This document shows, piece by piece, positions 42,003 through 57,490 of a stretch of 64,000 nucleotides of DNA. A model generated the notes under the pieces. It was not told the origin of the DNA. It ran no database searches and saw only the letters and a program-made list of their open reading frames with translations. This stretch comes from the human T2T-CHM13v2.0 reference genome, Homo sapiens. Each line of letters opens with the position of its first letter. Within the stretch, counting starts at the first letter, position 1. A program made the position numbers and the translations under genes. The stretch lies in the NCBI RefSeq assembly GCF_009914755.1, contig NC_060934.1; one strand, written 5' to 3'.

Positions 42003-42753
42003 GATGTGCTTAAGCTAAAGAGCTCATTGCAGATGCAAAGACCCTAGATCCATTCATTGTGTTAAACCAAAAATTGGGATAAATTGGTTGGATTCGATGA
42101 AGATGAATGAAAACTGGAGACAGATGCATCTTTAAACAAATTGCCTTTGCAGATTTATTCAGACAGTTCTGATGAAGTGAAACAGCCCATGACCAAGGTA
42201 TTTAGGGAGTCTGGTGGCATTGTTTTGAGTATTTACTAGTCCAAAGTACTTAAAAAGAAAGTTGAACTCAATGCTCCTGCTCATATGAAATGGAAAAAAA
42301 GTAAATTAATTTTCTATCAATGTTAAAGAAAAAGGACTGTTGAATGCATTTAATCAAATAATATAAGGCAATTAAATAGTACCTAACTAAATGCTGGCTA
42401 CTCTTATATTTTTGTTATATGTATATATTCACATAAATATATTTTATATGATAAATATAAATTTAGTTTATATATTTATTTTATTTATATTAATACAATT
42501 TAGAATTAATATAATATGTAGAAATATACTTGAAAATATAGATTTGATGACATACTATTTTACTTATGGAGCAAATGTCAAAGCTTATGCAAATGATATT
42601 CAAGTCATAATCAAATATTAGCTATGACCTTAAGTGTTTCATGAATCTGGAGGAAAATGGTAGTAAATACTATTGTTTCGACAGTCAGAAGCAACAAGGT
42701 GTCAGAGACGGTCTCTAGAGCACAGCTGAAACTTGTTGTAGATCCAGAGGGGA

Positions 42754-42772
42754 GAACGCCACCTACTGAACA
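42754..42772 (-). promoter_or_regulatory. Candidate CTCF site
   Basis: Minus strand TGTTCAGTAGGTGGCGTTC matches the CTCF core. Confidence 0.4.
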
Positions 42773-43094
42773 CCACATTTCAAAATCTATCTCTTCATCA
42801 TGAGAAAATGATCATAATAAACTTAATAAGATGTAACACTTTATCATCATTAATTAGTTTATATGCAAAACATCTTTTTGAAGTAGAAAAGATTCATTAC
42901 CCTTATTATTATCTGTTACTCACAGGATTAATAGATAAAGCAGTTGAGTCTTAAGCCATGTCTACCCAACATCCAATGTCCAACTTCCTTGGGTGACCCA
43001 GGAAGAATTTCATGTGGTAATAAAGATTAGAATTCCATGTTTGTTCTTGATGAAATTCTCCAGAAACTCACTATATTTTTTATTTGCTAATTCT

Positions 43095-43394
43095 CTCTTC
43101 TCTCTGTCTCTCTTCCTTTCCTTCCTTCTTTCCTTCTTTCTTTTTAGAGATAAGATCTCACTCTATCGCCCAGGCTAGGCTGGAACTCCTGGCTTCAAGC
43201 AATCCTCCCACCTCAGCCTCTGAGTAGCTGGGACTACACTCATGGGCCACCATGCCTAGCTAACTTTTCTGTTTTGTAGAGATGGAATCTTGCTGTGTTG
43301 CCCAGGCTGGCCTAGAACTCCTGGCCTCAAGTGATCCTCCCACCTCATCTCCCCAACATGCTGGGATTACAGGTGTGAGCCACTGCATCCAGCC
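43095..43394 (-). mobile_element. AluJ with right-arm deletion
   Basis: Antisense Alu with a (CTTC/CTTT)n tail. Confidence 0.88.
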
Positions 43395-43914
43395 TCACCC
43401 TCTCTGATTGTATTTGCTTTACAAATCTGTGGTTCCTCTTAGTTCCTCCATTCAACCCTCACCAAGTAAAACAATATTATAGGAGAAAAAAACTTTCCTA
43501 GCCATTATTTGCATGCATAATCCAAGAAATTATGGATATTTTCAGATGGTTTTTGGATATGTTCTTCTTGATTAATGAAGATATTATACCTCCCTACTGT
43601 TCTTTCCTGGAGGTAAAAGGAATTTGATCAGTTTCCAAATACCTTGGTATTTTGCCAAAATTCACATTCATAAAACGAGTTTACACTGGATCACTTTACC
43701 TTTTATTTCAGGTGTGTTTCCCTCTAACAGGTCTAATTTAGAGGATTTAAAAAACTTGTTCCCATTCCTCCTGTCTTCATTTATGCCCTTGCATGTTGTA
43801 GTAAATATATGAACATTTGACCCCTGCATTGTTGCACTGATATTGATAGTGTTGCACTGGGTAAAATTTACTTTATGGCAACTGACCTGACACAAATTCT
43901 GCTTTCTCTGAATA

Positions 43915-44216
43915 TTATTTATTTATTTATTTATTTAAACATAGTCTCACTCTGTCACCCAGTCTATAGTGCAGTGGCGTGATCTCAGCTCACTGTAACG
44001 TCCGCCTCCCAGGTTCAAGTGATTTTCCTGCCTCAGCCTCCTGAGTAGCTGGGACTATAGGTGCATGCCACTATGCTCGTTTAATTTTTGTATTTTTAGT
44101 AGAGACGGGGTTTCTCCATGTTGGCCAGGCTGGTCTCGAACTCCTGACCTCAGGTAATCCACTCACTTCAGCCTCCCAAAGTCCTGGGATTACAGGTGTG
44201 AGCCACCATGTCTGAC
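43915..44216 (-). mobile_element. AluSx-like SINE
   Basis: Antisense Alu with (TTTA)n tail; TCTGAAT flanks. Confidence 0.93.
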
Positions 44217-45599
44217 TCTGAATTATTTTTAAGTCTAAATATGAAAGCAATTTTTACAAGTAGCAAAAACAAAGCAGACACATTTAGAGAGAGTATATTC
44301 AGTAAGTTTAAGATATCCTAGTTTTTCTTCATTTAGTCTTTTGTCACTTATTTATTCACTCAACAAGCCTATGTGAAAGGGCTTGGTACTATGATATGTA
44401 CCAAATGTGGAAATATTAAGTAGTGAGTTCAGCTTATAAATAATTCCGGAAGGGTAATCAACAGTTTGAGATGAATGGAGCAGAGTAGTCGTTAAGATAA
44501 CTGGTTTAAGACTCCTGCTAGTCTAAGTTCCAATCTTCACCTTGCTACATACCAGATGTGTGACATTAGAAAAGTTATTTTGTCTTCCTGAGCTAAAGTT
44601 TACTCATCTTTGTAAACTCTCTGTCATACTGTTATTAGGAGGGTCAAATAAAATAATGGATATAAGGCAATTAATATATGTTTGAAACACTGCAGAATAA
44701 TAAAGACTGACTATTTGTGTTTTAAATTAGGGATTCTCGTTAGATTGAAATCTACTGGGCAACACATTTTTAAAATCTGACCTGGTATATCTTCAAGCCA
44801 AGATCTTCAAGTTCCCTTTCTACCTGTGATTCAGTAAACACAATTTTCTGAAAAGAATTGGTTCTGTATTGATAAGAAAGTTGTTTGAGACACAGAGATG
44901 TTCCCTTCTCCCAGTGGGAAGGGACTGCATTTAAACTCAGCTGTGCACTGGACCCAAGGTCCCTCCTGAAGCAAGTATGCTACAAAATCCTATTTACCCT
45001 ATGGACTTCAGGTGCTGGGCAGCTGGAGTTACCAGGCAAATCTCCTAAACAGCTGGCAACTGAACTCTAAGCTGCTGATTTCCGAGTAGCTGGTGTATTG
45101 CCCCACTGACCAGGCTGCTTTCTCATTTCTGCCCTGTAAAAAGCTTGAATGAAAGGAGCAGTAGTCCTCTAGTGGAACCCAGACCCACACCACAGAACCA
45201 AAAGCCCTTTGGGTCCTCCATCTTCCTGTAGGAGGATGGAGGAGTCAGAGGACTTCTGCTTTCCCTTCTCTTGCTGATTCAGCCTCATACATTTTCATCT
45301 TCCCAATAAAGCTTATGCCCGTGGATACTGTGGAATTTATCCTGAACCCTGCAATAAGACAGGTGGGACTGACCTGACACAACACCTCCATACCCCAGTT
45401 CCTCCTGGATCCCTTTTTACTTTGCCAAGATTCCCAATGGGAATGGTGCCACAATTGGCAGCAAGCCTGGGTCCACCCCATTGCGGATTTTACTACAGCA
45501 TTTCCTTCTGTCCTCCCAGGAATTAATAACAAACAAACAACTCTTTCACTATTATCATCCCAAGTGTTCCGTAAAATTAAAAGTGCTTTTTTCACCATG

Positions 45600-45925
45600 G
45601 AATCATGTCCTCTGCAGGAACATGGATGGAGCTGGTGGCCTTTGTCTTTAGCAAACTAATGCAGGAACAGAAAACCAAATACTGCATGTTCTCACTTATA
45701 AGTGGGAACTGAATGATGAGAACACATGAACACATGGAGGGGGGAATAACACACACTGGGGCCTAATTGAGGGTGGAGGGTGGAGGGAGAGGATAAAAAC
45801 AGTAGCTAATGGGTGCTAGGCTTAGTACCTCAATGACAAAATAATCTGTATAACAAACCCCCATGACACAAGCTTACCTATGTAACAAACCTGCACATGT
45901 ACCACTGAACTTAAAAGTAAGAAAG
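45600..45925 (+). mobile_element. Older L1PA 3' end
   Basis: ACATGGATGGAGCTGG...AACCTGCACATGTAC; AAGT(G/A)CTTTTTT flanks. Confidence 0.88.
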
Positions 45926-46854
45926 AAGTACTTTTTTTTCACTCAAAAACTTTATTGATTCATAGATGGTGGAGACTTTTGATAAAAAGAATGCAAATAA
46001 TTTAGTATACTCAGGGATGTAGCCTGTTCTTAGTTCTGTTATTCCTGTATTAATGGGATAACTTACTTTTGCCTTATTATCAATATGAGTAGAATGAAGG
46101 GTATGATTCAAATTAAGCTGACTATCTTGTTAGGGACATACCTAATCAGAGATATTATAACATTTATCTTGTGATATTAAGTTACAAACAATAATCTCTC
46201 TAACTGGATGAAATACTTTCACTGTGTGTATGTTTTCTTAGGTAGATATGAGAAACAGTGCAACATAGCCTGAAGATCATAGAGCTGGGGCAATAGTGTA
46301 TAGATTTGAATCCTGTCTTCACCAGCTCTGAGCTGTGTAAACTTTGGCTAGTTACTTAATCTCTTTTTGCCTAACTTTCCCATGTATAAAATAGAGATTA
46401 AAAAGTTACAATAAATAACATAAAAGTAAAGTGCTTAAAATCAATGGTATATATTATCAAAAATATAAATATAATATATAATAAACTTATTATTATATAC
46501 TTTCTAATATAATCTTTTGTACTAAAAGATATTGTACTAAATAAAATTTGGAGTCTGAATTCTAATTCCCCATCTAAAATAGGGAACTATAATTCGTTTT
46601 TAAACTTGTTATTATTGTATGTAAGAAAGCTGTTAATATTTGTGTATTTTATTACTAGCTATCTTATTAAACTTTCTTAGTCATTATAATAACTTTCAGC
46701 TGATTCTCTTAGGTTTTCTAGATAAATCATCTGTTGGCAATAATATTTTATCTTCTTTCCAAAATTTACACTCCATATTCATTTTTCTTGTCTTATTGCA
46801 CTGTCAAGAGCTTCCATAACAGATTAGACCACAGTAGTTTCAGGCAGGTGGAGT

Positions 46855-47190
46855 GGTCTGTGTGTTCACCAATATTTGCTGCTTCTCCCAAGGCAGAATT
46901 ATACTTTTCTATTCTATTGGTGTTGAATTTGGCCATGTGCCTGCTGCAGCCTATAATATGTGACACACTTTTGGAAAGAAGTTCTAAAAGCCAGGCATGA
47001 TTCACCATATTGTCTTTTCCCTCCTTTAAGCGATTGTCAATATTCAGACAGAGGCTACTGCATTAGTCTGGTGTTGAAGTGAAGTCCTACAGAGCAGATT
47101 TGCAGCTGCCCATAACAGGCATGAAGTGTGGAGCAAACCTTTGTCTTAGAAAGCCATTCAGATTTGGGGATCATTTGTTAACTGCAGTAG
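46855..47190 (+). mobile_element. MLT1-type (MaLR) LTR relic
   Basis: TTGGCCATGTG...AAACCTTTGT...AAGCCATTCAGATTTGGGGATCATTTGTTAACTGCAG typical of old MLT1 ends. Confidence 0.65.
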
Positions 47191-47697
47191 ACATCTTTAA
47201 TTTAATTTTTCTCCTTAGCAATCTCAACTTTGTCTTCCTTAATGTCTTTTAACCAATTTTTAAAAAGTTATTCTGTCCCTCCAGATAAGAATAATTCTGA
47301 AATTATAAAGCATATGCAATGCAATTCTTATTTCAAGCAAGTAGGACTACACTTGGAATATACACACAATTGACAGGGTGAGAAGACTGAAGGTGATGTA
47401 TTACAAAATTAAAGTCCTCTGAGCAGAAAAGAAAGAATTGTTCTCTGTCCCAATCTTATATTTTCATATAAGTTAGATGAATCATCAAGTTAGAGAATCA
47501 CTGCAGTAGAACCAGTAGTTTCTGTGGTCACTATTTAGGCATCTTGACTGTATTATTTTTAAAGAGATTTTCAAAAATCTGTGGTTACCTTTGGAAGGTA
47601 TAACTGGGAATTTTAAAATTTTTTTCTTTATGCTGTAGGATAATTTCCAAATTTTCTAAAGTGAGTATATACATTACTTTTATAATTAGAATTTTAA

Positions 47698-47864
47698 TAT
47701 ATATATTTAGATATCTAAATATAAGTAAAAATATAATAAATATGTTAGCAATGGGGTCTTGCTGCATGTGTTGCCCAGGCTGGTCTCAAGCTCCTGGGCT
47801 CAACAACTCTCTGCCTTGACCTCTTGAGTATCTGGGATTACAGGGGTGAGCCCCTGCTTTCGGC
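47698..47864 (-). mobile_element. FLAM / Alu left monomer
   Basis: Perfect 18-bp TSD TTATAATTAGAATTTTAA at 47680-47697 and 47865-47882. Confidence 0.85.
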
Positions 47865-47888
47865 TTATAATTAGAATTTTAAAATCTT

Positions 47889-48199
47889 GGCCGGGCACGG
47901 TGGCTCACGACTGTATTCTCAGCACTTTGAGAGGCCGAGGTGGTGGATCACTTGAGGTCAGGAGTTCGAGACCAGCCTGGCCAACATGGTGAAACCTTGT
48001 CTCTACTAAAAATACAAAAACCAGCCAGGTGTGGTGGCACATGCCTGTAATCCCAGCTACTCAGGAGGCTGAGACAGGAGAATCAGCTTGAATCCAGGAA
48101 GTGGTGGTAGCAGTGAGCCAAGATCACGCCACTGCACTCTAGCCTCGGTGACAGAGTGACTCTGTCTCAAAAAAAAAAAAAAAAAAGAAAAAGAAAAAC
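47889..48199 (+). mobile_element. AluS-type SINE
   Basis: Full Alu; AAAATCTT flanks. Confidence 0.94.
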
Positions 48200-49209
48200 A
48201 AAATCTTTAACAGCGGCACCAAAAAGAGTTGGGTGTGAGGTGGGCAGCATGGTGGGGAGTTTAGGCATGAAGTGACAAGATTCACAACAAGAAGAACAGT
48301 TAGGAAGAGGTGGCCATTGTAATGAGACAGGTAGTTGCTCAGCTAGTGGCAGGGGACCCACAGTGGGAGGAGGAGGGGGGAGTGGAATAGATCTGATACA
48401 CACTTGAGAGGTAGAATTAAATTTCACAGAATTTTATGATGGATGTGAAAGTAGGTGAGAGTTTAGATAAAGAGTTAAAGGGAGAGAGGAGTTTAAGATT
48501 ACACCCATGTTTAGATAAGGAGAGACAAGGGAAGAAGAACCAATTCATAATGGGGCAACTTTAGGTGGAGATGCACGTGGGAGACATGTAAGACAACTGG
48601 AGTTTGTCATATCCCATCAGATTCCTTGATAGAATTTTTGTGGGTGGGAGGCCATTGCTATTTCTAGCATCTAACAACAGTTTCAGAAAAACTGGTATTT
48701 ATTTTAGCAGGATCTTTCTGAATATTTTCTGGGGTAATCTTTTCCTGTTGTCGAGGCTGTTCTAAAAAGATTAGTTTCACATCTCTATAGGCTAACCTGG
48801 TAGCTGCAGAATATAGACCTCTGGGTATATTTTATTATTTCATCATTTCATTGACATGGAAATTAGGACGAAGACTGGGATTTATTGGTGAATGATTTTC
48901 TTCCCTATATGTACTGCAGCCATCTAGTTAGGTTCCATAACCATTTTCTTATTTAGGGCAGGAATTCCTATCTTTGATTTTGCAATATTCAAGGATGTTT
49001 CCCTCTATCTTTAGGGGTGTGGTAGAGTTTTCAGATGTATAAAAATGTAGTCAGTGTTCATTCATTCCAGTTTAGCAGTCAAGTTTTGCATGGCAAATAT
49101 TTAAAAGATAGAAATAAAGCATTTTCTCATGCTTGGCTTGATAATTAGATTGTGCAGCTCATCAGGTGGACAGTTACTATTATTGTCATTATTTTTTATT
49201 ATTAAACCA

Positions 49210-49998
<789 letters not shown>

Positions 49999-50163
49999 TG
50001 AATAAATGAATACTTAAATACAACGTAATTTCTATGCCTTTCATGTTATCTGATCTTGTACATACTTTTCTCCCCTATGCTTCATCTTTTTTTCATACAT
50101 ACAATGGATTGGCAAAAGAATAGAATAAATGACTTATTTTATTGTTTGGGCCTCCTTTGATAG

Positions 50164-50494
<331 letters not shown>

Positions 50495-51974
50495 CTTAAA
50501 TTTTTAATTTTTTTAGTGATAAAACCTCTGAGGATGTACATTTCAGGTAAGTTAAATTGGATGTTCTTTTTATATATATAGTTTGGTGAGGTAAATGATA
50601 TTAAGTAACTACGATTTTGCTCTTAAGAAAACAAAAGCATCAAACATATTGATGCTTGTGTAAATAAAAGTTCAGCTTGCTTACTTGTTTTTGTTTTTTT
50701 CAAGCTCCTTGCAATGTAGTATTATCTTATTTATTTTTAATTTTGCTTTCCATGTAAACTGTCTGTTCTTAGAAACAATTTGGCAGTGAATGCCACTTTT
50801 TCCTGCCACTCTCAGACGTGCAAAATCATGAGAGATGAAAATAAGGAAATTGGTGTGATAGTCCCTGCACTGTTAACTGTTGCTAAGCAGAGACCTAGAT
50901 CTATCTGGAATTTCTATAAGTTTTTAGGGAGTGCTTTGCTAGGCTGTAAAAAGTTTGCAATTGGAATTTCACTCCATTACTGTCTAAGTCTAACTGGCTT
51001 TATATTATCACAGAGCTGTATGTTCACAGCTGAAGCCACTTAGGAGAGGGTGGCATACACAATGCTGCAGAGAACTGTATAAATTTACTAGGGTTAAGGT
51101 ATAAGTGCCTACTACATAGCCCTTCTGAAGTCTCTTCCAGATTGATTGAAGATTGAATCTTTAATTTACATTACTAATTAAAGGACTTAGCTTAATTGTT
51201 ATGAGTTTGGGTTTTGCACAAGAGCTCAGAGAACTTAAGGCAAAGTACATGTCATAAATCAATCATACGCGTCAGTCAATGTGACATTTCTGAGTAGTCT
51301 GTGTTCCCGTGATGGCACTCCACCTGGGCCATTGTTCCTCAAAATAAAGTGACGGTAGAATCGGAGGAATGGTTCATGTATTCTCTCTCAAGAAAGATAC
51401 CTTGCCTTAAAATAAAAGGTGATTGAATCATCGGCAAATCTGTGTTCACTCAAGACCATTTCTTCTGCTTTTTAATCTTTTTTTTAAACAAAATTGTTTT
51501 AACCCTGCTGTGGCAAGTTTGGGGCAATGCTCATAAATCTCATTCTATTTCCTTATGGCACACAGTCATGGAAATGGAGAAAGCCTTTACTGTGGAGAGC
51601 CAGCAAGCTTTGAGTTCAGGCGCAATAAAATTCCTTTTCATAAGTAGGATCTGGGAGCCCGTCAGCATTTCCTGCTTTGTGGATGTCAACATCTCCAGTA
51701 GGGCACTGCAAATATAATTCTAAAAGGTGTGCAGGAAGGCAGGAGATAGATAATAGGGATGCATGTCCTCTACGAGGTAGATCAGAACTGAAGTATCCCA
51801 CTGTACGTTCTGCAGGCACCTTGGGGAAGAGAGAGCCCACATTCCTTCTGAGGCATCCTTTAAAGGAGGCAGAAGGAAGAGAAGTTAATACTCTCTCTCT
51901 CTGTCTTCTTGTGTCCAAGCCACTCTCCTTCCCAGGAAGAAGCTAAAATATAGAGAGACCATAGGATAGGATAT

Positions 51975-52393
<419 letters not shown>

Positions 52394-52714
52394 AGGATAC
52401 GTTTTCTATCACTCAAAAGTAAGGGGGAAAACGGAGAGCCTCCAAAGATGAGTCATAGTTTTTTATTCCACTCTTCATTATGGTTCACATGTCACTGGAG
52501 ACACAGCCAGTTGCCATTGAGGGTCATTTGAAGAGGAGAGGAAGAAAAGTACTTTGGTACAGAGTAGATCCTTCATCTATATTGCTGATTGAGTGACGGT
52601 ATTTTACTCCATTCCCTTGGCTTGCTGGGGTAACAAGAATGTGACTTGTATTTAGAAAAGTGTGTTCCTAGGATAATTTAGCAAAAATATTTTCCTTAAT
52701 AATACAAACAAAGC

Positions 52715-53030
52715 AGCCAGGCATGGTGACCCATTCCTATAATCCTAGCACTTTGGGAGGCCGAGGCGGGCGAATAAACTGAGTTCAGGAGTTCAAGACC
52801 AGCCTGGCCAACATTATGAAACCTCATCTCTGCTAAAAATACAAAAAATAGCCGGGCGTGGTGGTGGGTGCCTGTAATCCCAGCTACTTGGGAAGCCCAG
52901 GCAGGAGAATCGCTTGAATTCGGGGGCAGAAATTGTAGTGAAGTGAGATAGTGCCACTGCACTCCAGGGTGGGCTACAGAGTGAGACCCTGTCTCAATAA
53001 ATAAATAAATAAATAAAAATTAAAAAATGC
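52715..53030 (+). mobile_element. AluS-type SINE
   Basis: Alu dimer with (TAAA)n tail. Confidence 0.92.
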
Positions 53031-53209
53031 AAACAAATCAAGCAAATATACTTTTAGCACTTCAGGAAGTGATAAATAAATATTTTGGTTTACAGTTCTA
53101 TGAGTTTTATGAAATTTTAACCCCCACCACAAAGAGAATATCAAATAATCCTCATTCTCCCACCTCCCCGCATTGCTTCATGTTAACCTTTTGTACATAG
53201 ATGTTTTCC

Positions 53210-53390
53210 CCATCTTAAATCCTAGGATCTGGCAAAGAGTTCTTAGATATAACACAAGAAATATTATCCATGAAAGAAAAAAATGATAAAGTGGGCTTCA
53301 CCACAGCTAAGACGTTTGCTTCTTGAAGAACACAGTGAAGAGAATGAAAACACAAGCTACAGACTAGATGAAAGCTTCCGCAGATGTTCA
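53210..53390 (+). mobile_element. Old L1M ORF2 fragment
   Basis: GGCAAAGAGTTCTTAGATATAACAC...AAGCTACAGACTAG. Confidence 0.7.
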
Positions 53391-53911
53391 AAGCCCTTTG
53401 AGAGAGAGAAACTGAATGTGGCATGATCTTTTTCTACCAGAAGCTGCAGTGGAACAGAGCCAGAGATCAATGTGTAATAAACAATATATGAAGGAGAACG
53501 TAATTAGTGCTAAAATAATGGTGGTACCAACGATGTGGCAGCCTTTTGGGGCAGAGGGGACACTATCGTAGCTTGCGAAATCAAGGGTGGTGCTGTGGGG
53601 CACAGAAACCCGTGAGAGAGAGCGTTCCAGAGGAGGAAATCCTGTAAGAAAAGCCACAGAAATGGGAAAATGCTGAGCGTAAACAGTAAAGTGTCAGAAA
53701 TTTACTCTGGTTAGCTCCCAGTATCACCTCTGCGTCTTTCACGGCAGAACGAGAATGAATATATGTCTCCCAATACATGCAGAAACCCTCAATATCCGCA
53801 CCTTCTAAGGTCTGTAAGGAAAAAAAAACAACAACAAAATAAAACACACCAAAAAAACAAAACAAAACAAAAAACCCAAAAAACAAACAACAACAACAAA
53901 AAACTTGCACT

Positions 53912-54220
<309 letters not shown>

Positions 54221-54924
54221 CCTTGCACTTACCTTTTCTAAGTGACAATTACCCCAAAGAGTGGATTCACTGGTTATGCTGAAACATAGAAAACCATTTA
54301 GGGTCATTTAAAGGGAACTGAAATGTCAGGATGGTCCATTGGAAATGCAGATGTTAACTGCCCTAAGCACAATAACAAAATGATGAAGCCAATTAGGAAA
54401 GTACTGCTGAGAACTTCAGGCTTTGGTTAGTCACAAAGGCGGAGAAAAAAGACCAGGTTGTTTGATCTTGTTTATCTGGAGGTGGAGTCAATAATCTGTA
54501 TAGTTTCGAATGGTCCTAAATGTTTTGGGGCACTTAGAGCCCTGCTGTGAACTCATTTGTTGTTACGCAATCTGCAATGGACTCGTCTCCACAAGTCATT
54601 TTCCTTGTGCTCCATCATACCTGGTACAAATGAAACACTGGTCTCTGTAATACTTAAGCATCTTTTTTGCTGGGCAAATTCCTGAAAGAACAAATTCTTT
54701 TGCTATTGGTCAACTGCTGAAATTAGCATAAAATCAGCACATAAATTACGTTAAACAACGCAGAGAGTTAGTATATAAGCGTATGTCACTTTCACGCTTA
54801 TACACATATGTTCTGTTTCATATTTTCTCTAATTAAAAAATAAGATTTTATGCATTGGAAAGCTCTGATTTATGTCAGGTACAGTCTTCTGTCCGCCATA
54901 TATTAGTAGATGTAAAAGAGATTT

Positions 54925-55820
54925 TTTAAGAATTTACATTCACATTTTTTGGTGTATAGTCCAATGTGTCTTAACATGTGCATAGATTCTCATGACTACT
55001 CCCACAAACAGGATACAGAATAGATTCAGCAACTCCTCTCCTTCCCTAATTTCCTCATTCTGACCCATTGTAGGTAAGCCCTCTCGTCATAAAAAAAAAA
55101 AATAAGTTGGATTTCATGAAAGGTAAAAACATTTTGCTTTTCGAAGAACACACTTAAGAAACTGAAACAATAAGCTACAGATTGGGAGGAAATGTTGGCA
55201 AATAATGTATCAGACAAAAGATACATATCTGGAGTAAAGAACTCTCAAAACTCAACAATAAGGGAATAGACAACCTAATTGAAAAATGCATGAAAGATTT
55301 GAACAGAAGCTTCACCAAGAAGATAAAAGGTAGGCAAGTAAGCCAATGAAAAAATCATTAGTCATTAGGAACATACAAATGAACACAATGAGATGCCATT
55401 ACGCACCTCTTAGAACAGCGAAAACGAAAAGCACCGAGGGTGCCAAGTGATGATGGATGTGAAGCAACAGGAATCCTCTTCCACGGCTGGTGGGAATGCA
55501 AAGTGGTCCAGCTGCTCTGGGAAACAGTCTGACAGTTTCTTACAAAGGTAAACATATGCATCCTTTATGACCCAGCAATATCATGCCTTGGGATTTATCT
55601 TAGATAAACAAAAACTTAGGTTCACACAAAAACCTGTGCATGAATGCTTTTAGCAGCATTATTCTTCATCTCTAAAACCTGGAAGGAATTCCAATGTCCT
55701 TCAAAGTGTGAATGGATAACCAAATCATTGTACACCTATACACTTAAATACATGAAATAAAACGGATGACTCTCAAAATAATTATGCCCAGTGAAAGAAG
55801 TTATATTCCATTTTGTGATA
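54925..55820. mobile_element. Old L1M (MC/MD-like): antisense 3' end joined to sense ORF2 segment
   Basis: About 54925-55085 reads as an antisense L1M terminus; about 55088-55820 is sense ORF2 3' region (AACTCTCAAAACTCAACAATAAG; ATGACCCAGCAAT). Confidence 0.72.
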
Positions 55821-56114
55821 ATGAGCAATTGATTCCTTTAAGAATATCTCTTCTCATTCTGCTTATTTCTTTTTTCTCCTTGTTCTCTCAGGCCTTAGCT
55901 CTTCCTTCTCCACACGTGGTGCCTCTCTTCTGAGAATTTCATTTGTGCATGTTTCAGGTACCTTTTGCTGCATGAAAAGCCACCTCAAATTTAGTGGCAT
56001 AATATAACCATTTTATTATTCTCAGGAATTCTGTAGGTAAGGAATTCATCCTTACCCTGAGGCCATATTTTCTTGAAAAGGCCTTGGATTTTATCTTTGC
56101 CCTGAGGTTGGCCC

Positions 56115-56451
56115 TCCTTTCCCCTCCCCTCCCCTCCCCTTCCCTTCCTTTTTGAGACAGGGTCTTCCTCTGTAGCCCAGTCTGGGGTGCAGTGTAGAGA
56201 ACATAGCTCACTAAAACCTCCAACTCCCATGTTCAAGTGATTCACCTGCCTCAGCCTCCTGAGAAGAGAAGCTAAAACTATTGGCATGTGCCACCATACC
56301 TGGCGATTTTTTTATTTTTATTTTTATTTTTCATAGAGACATGGTCTTGCTTTGTTGCCCAGGCTGGTCTAGAACTCCTAGTGTCAAGTAATCTTTCCAC
56401 CTTGGCCTCCCAAAGCGCTGTGGTTACAGGCATGAGCCACTGTGCCCAGTT
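56115..56451 (-). mobile_element. AluJ-type SINE with (CCCCT)n tail
   Basis: Diverged antisense Alu. Confidence 0.88.
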
Positions 56452-56899
56452 CATTTCTTATTTTGAGGACTCTGCTCTCTGTTACGGTCCTTTCAAGTTT
56501 GTTATCAGTTACATTTCCTTCTATTTACATTTCCTCTGAATTATACATTTTCTCCAAATTATGGAGTAATTCATTCTTTAGTTTATCTCTCTTACTCTCT
56601 CATTTTATTTTAGAGGGCTAAAATGTAGGCAACCCTTCAACGCTCTCCTGAAATTCTCCTTTATCTTCGTGGTTGAGTTTGTTAAGCACATTTTCCATGG
56701 GACAGTGTTGCAGAAGGCATTGCTGCTATGTAACAATGGCTCCTTTCTTAGCTCCCAACACCAATGTCTTCACTATCCTCCTTCAAGCCCTCATTGATAG
56801 CCTCCGGGAGGACTGTTTGGCTTCTGTCCTTCACTGTGCTCCAAAACCAATGCTGCAAATTTCGCCTTTTGTTATGGAGGAGACCCCTTCCGGGTACCA

Positions 56900-57490
56900 A
56901 ATTAGCCTACGGTTTATTGCTGCCTGTCAAACCTTCCTAAGCTGTGAGTCATGATGCATCAACCATTTGATTTCACTTTTGCATTCTGTGCATCGGGAAT
57001 TTGAACAAGGCATAGCAGGGATGCCTTATATCTCTTCCGTGTTCTATGGGTCCTGGTCAGGGATGTGTCGAATGGCTGAGATATGTTTCCAATGGAGGAA
57101 GACTGGAATTTTCTGAAAGTTTCTTCACTCACATGTCTGGGTCTTGGACTGGGATGACATAAGTCTTGTCTAATCTGAGACTCAAGCAGAGCACCTACCT
57201 GTGGTTCCTTCATGTGACTAGGGCTTCTTACAGCATGGCAACTGGGACCTTCCAGAGTGAGCACACCAGGAGAAGCAGGTGGATATCCTGTAGTCTTTCA
57301 TGATGGAGCCTTGGAGATTCCACAGTGTCCTCTGCTCCCTGCCATTGTAAGACACACTTCTTCTCCAGCCATCAAAATCTTTCCTTCAAAGCAACTACAA
57401 ACCCTGCCAGACTCATGGTTGGGGGATATAGATTGCCCCTCTCATTGGGAGAAGGATCAAAGAAGTAGCCGTCATGTTTTAGAACTCCTA
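56900..57490 (-). mobile_element. MLT1F/G/H-type LTR relic
   Basis: CTTCACTCACATGTCTGG, GGGCTTCTTACAGCATGGC and TTGGAGATTCCACAGTGTC MLT1 motifs. Confidence 0.72.
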
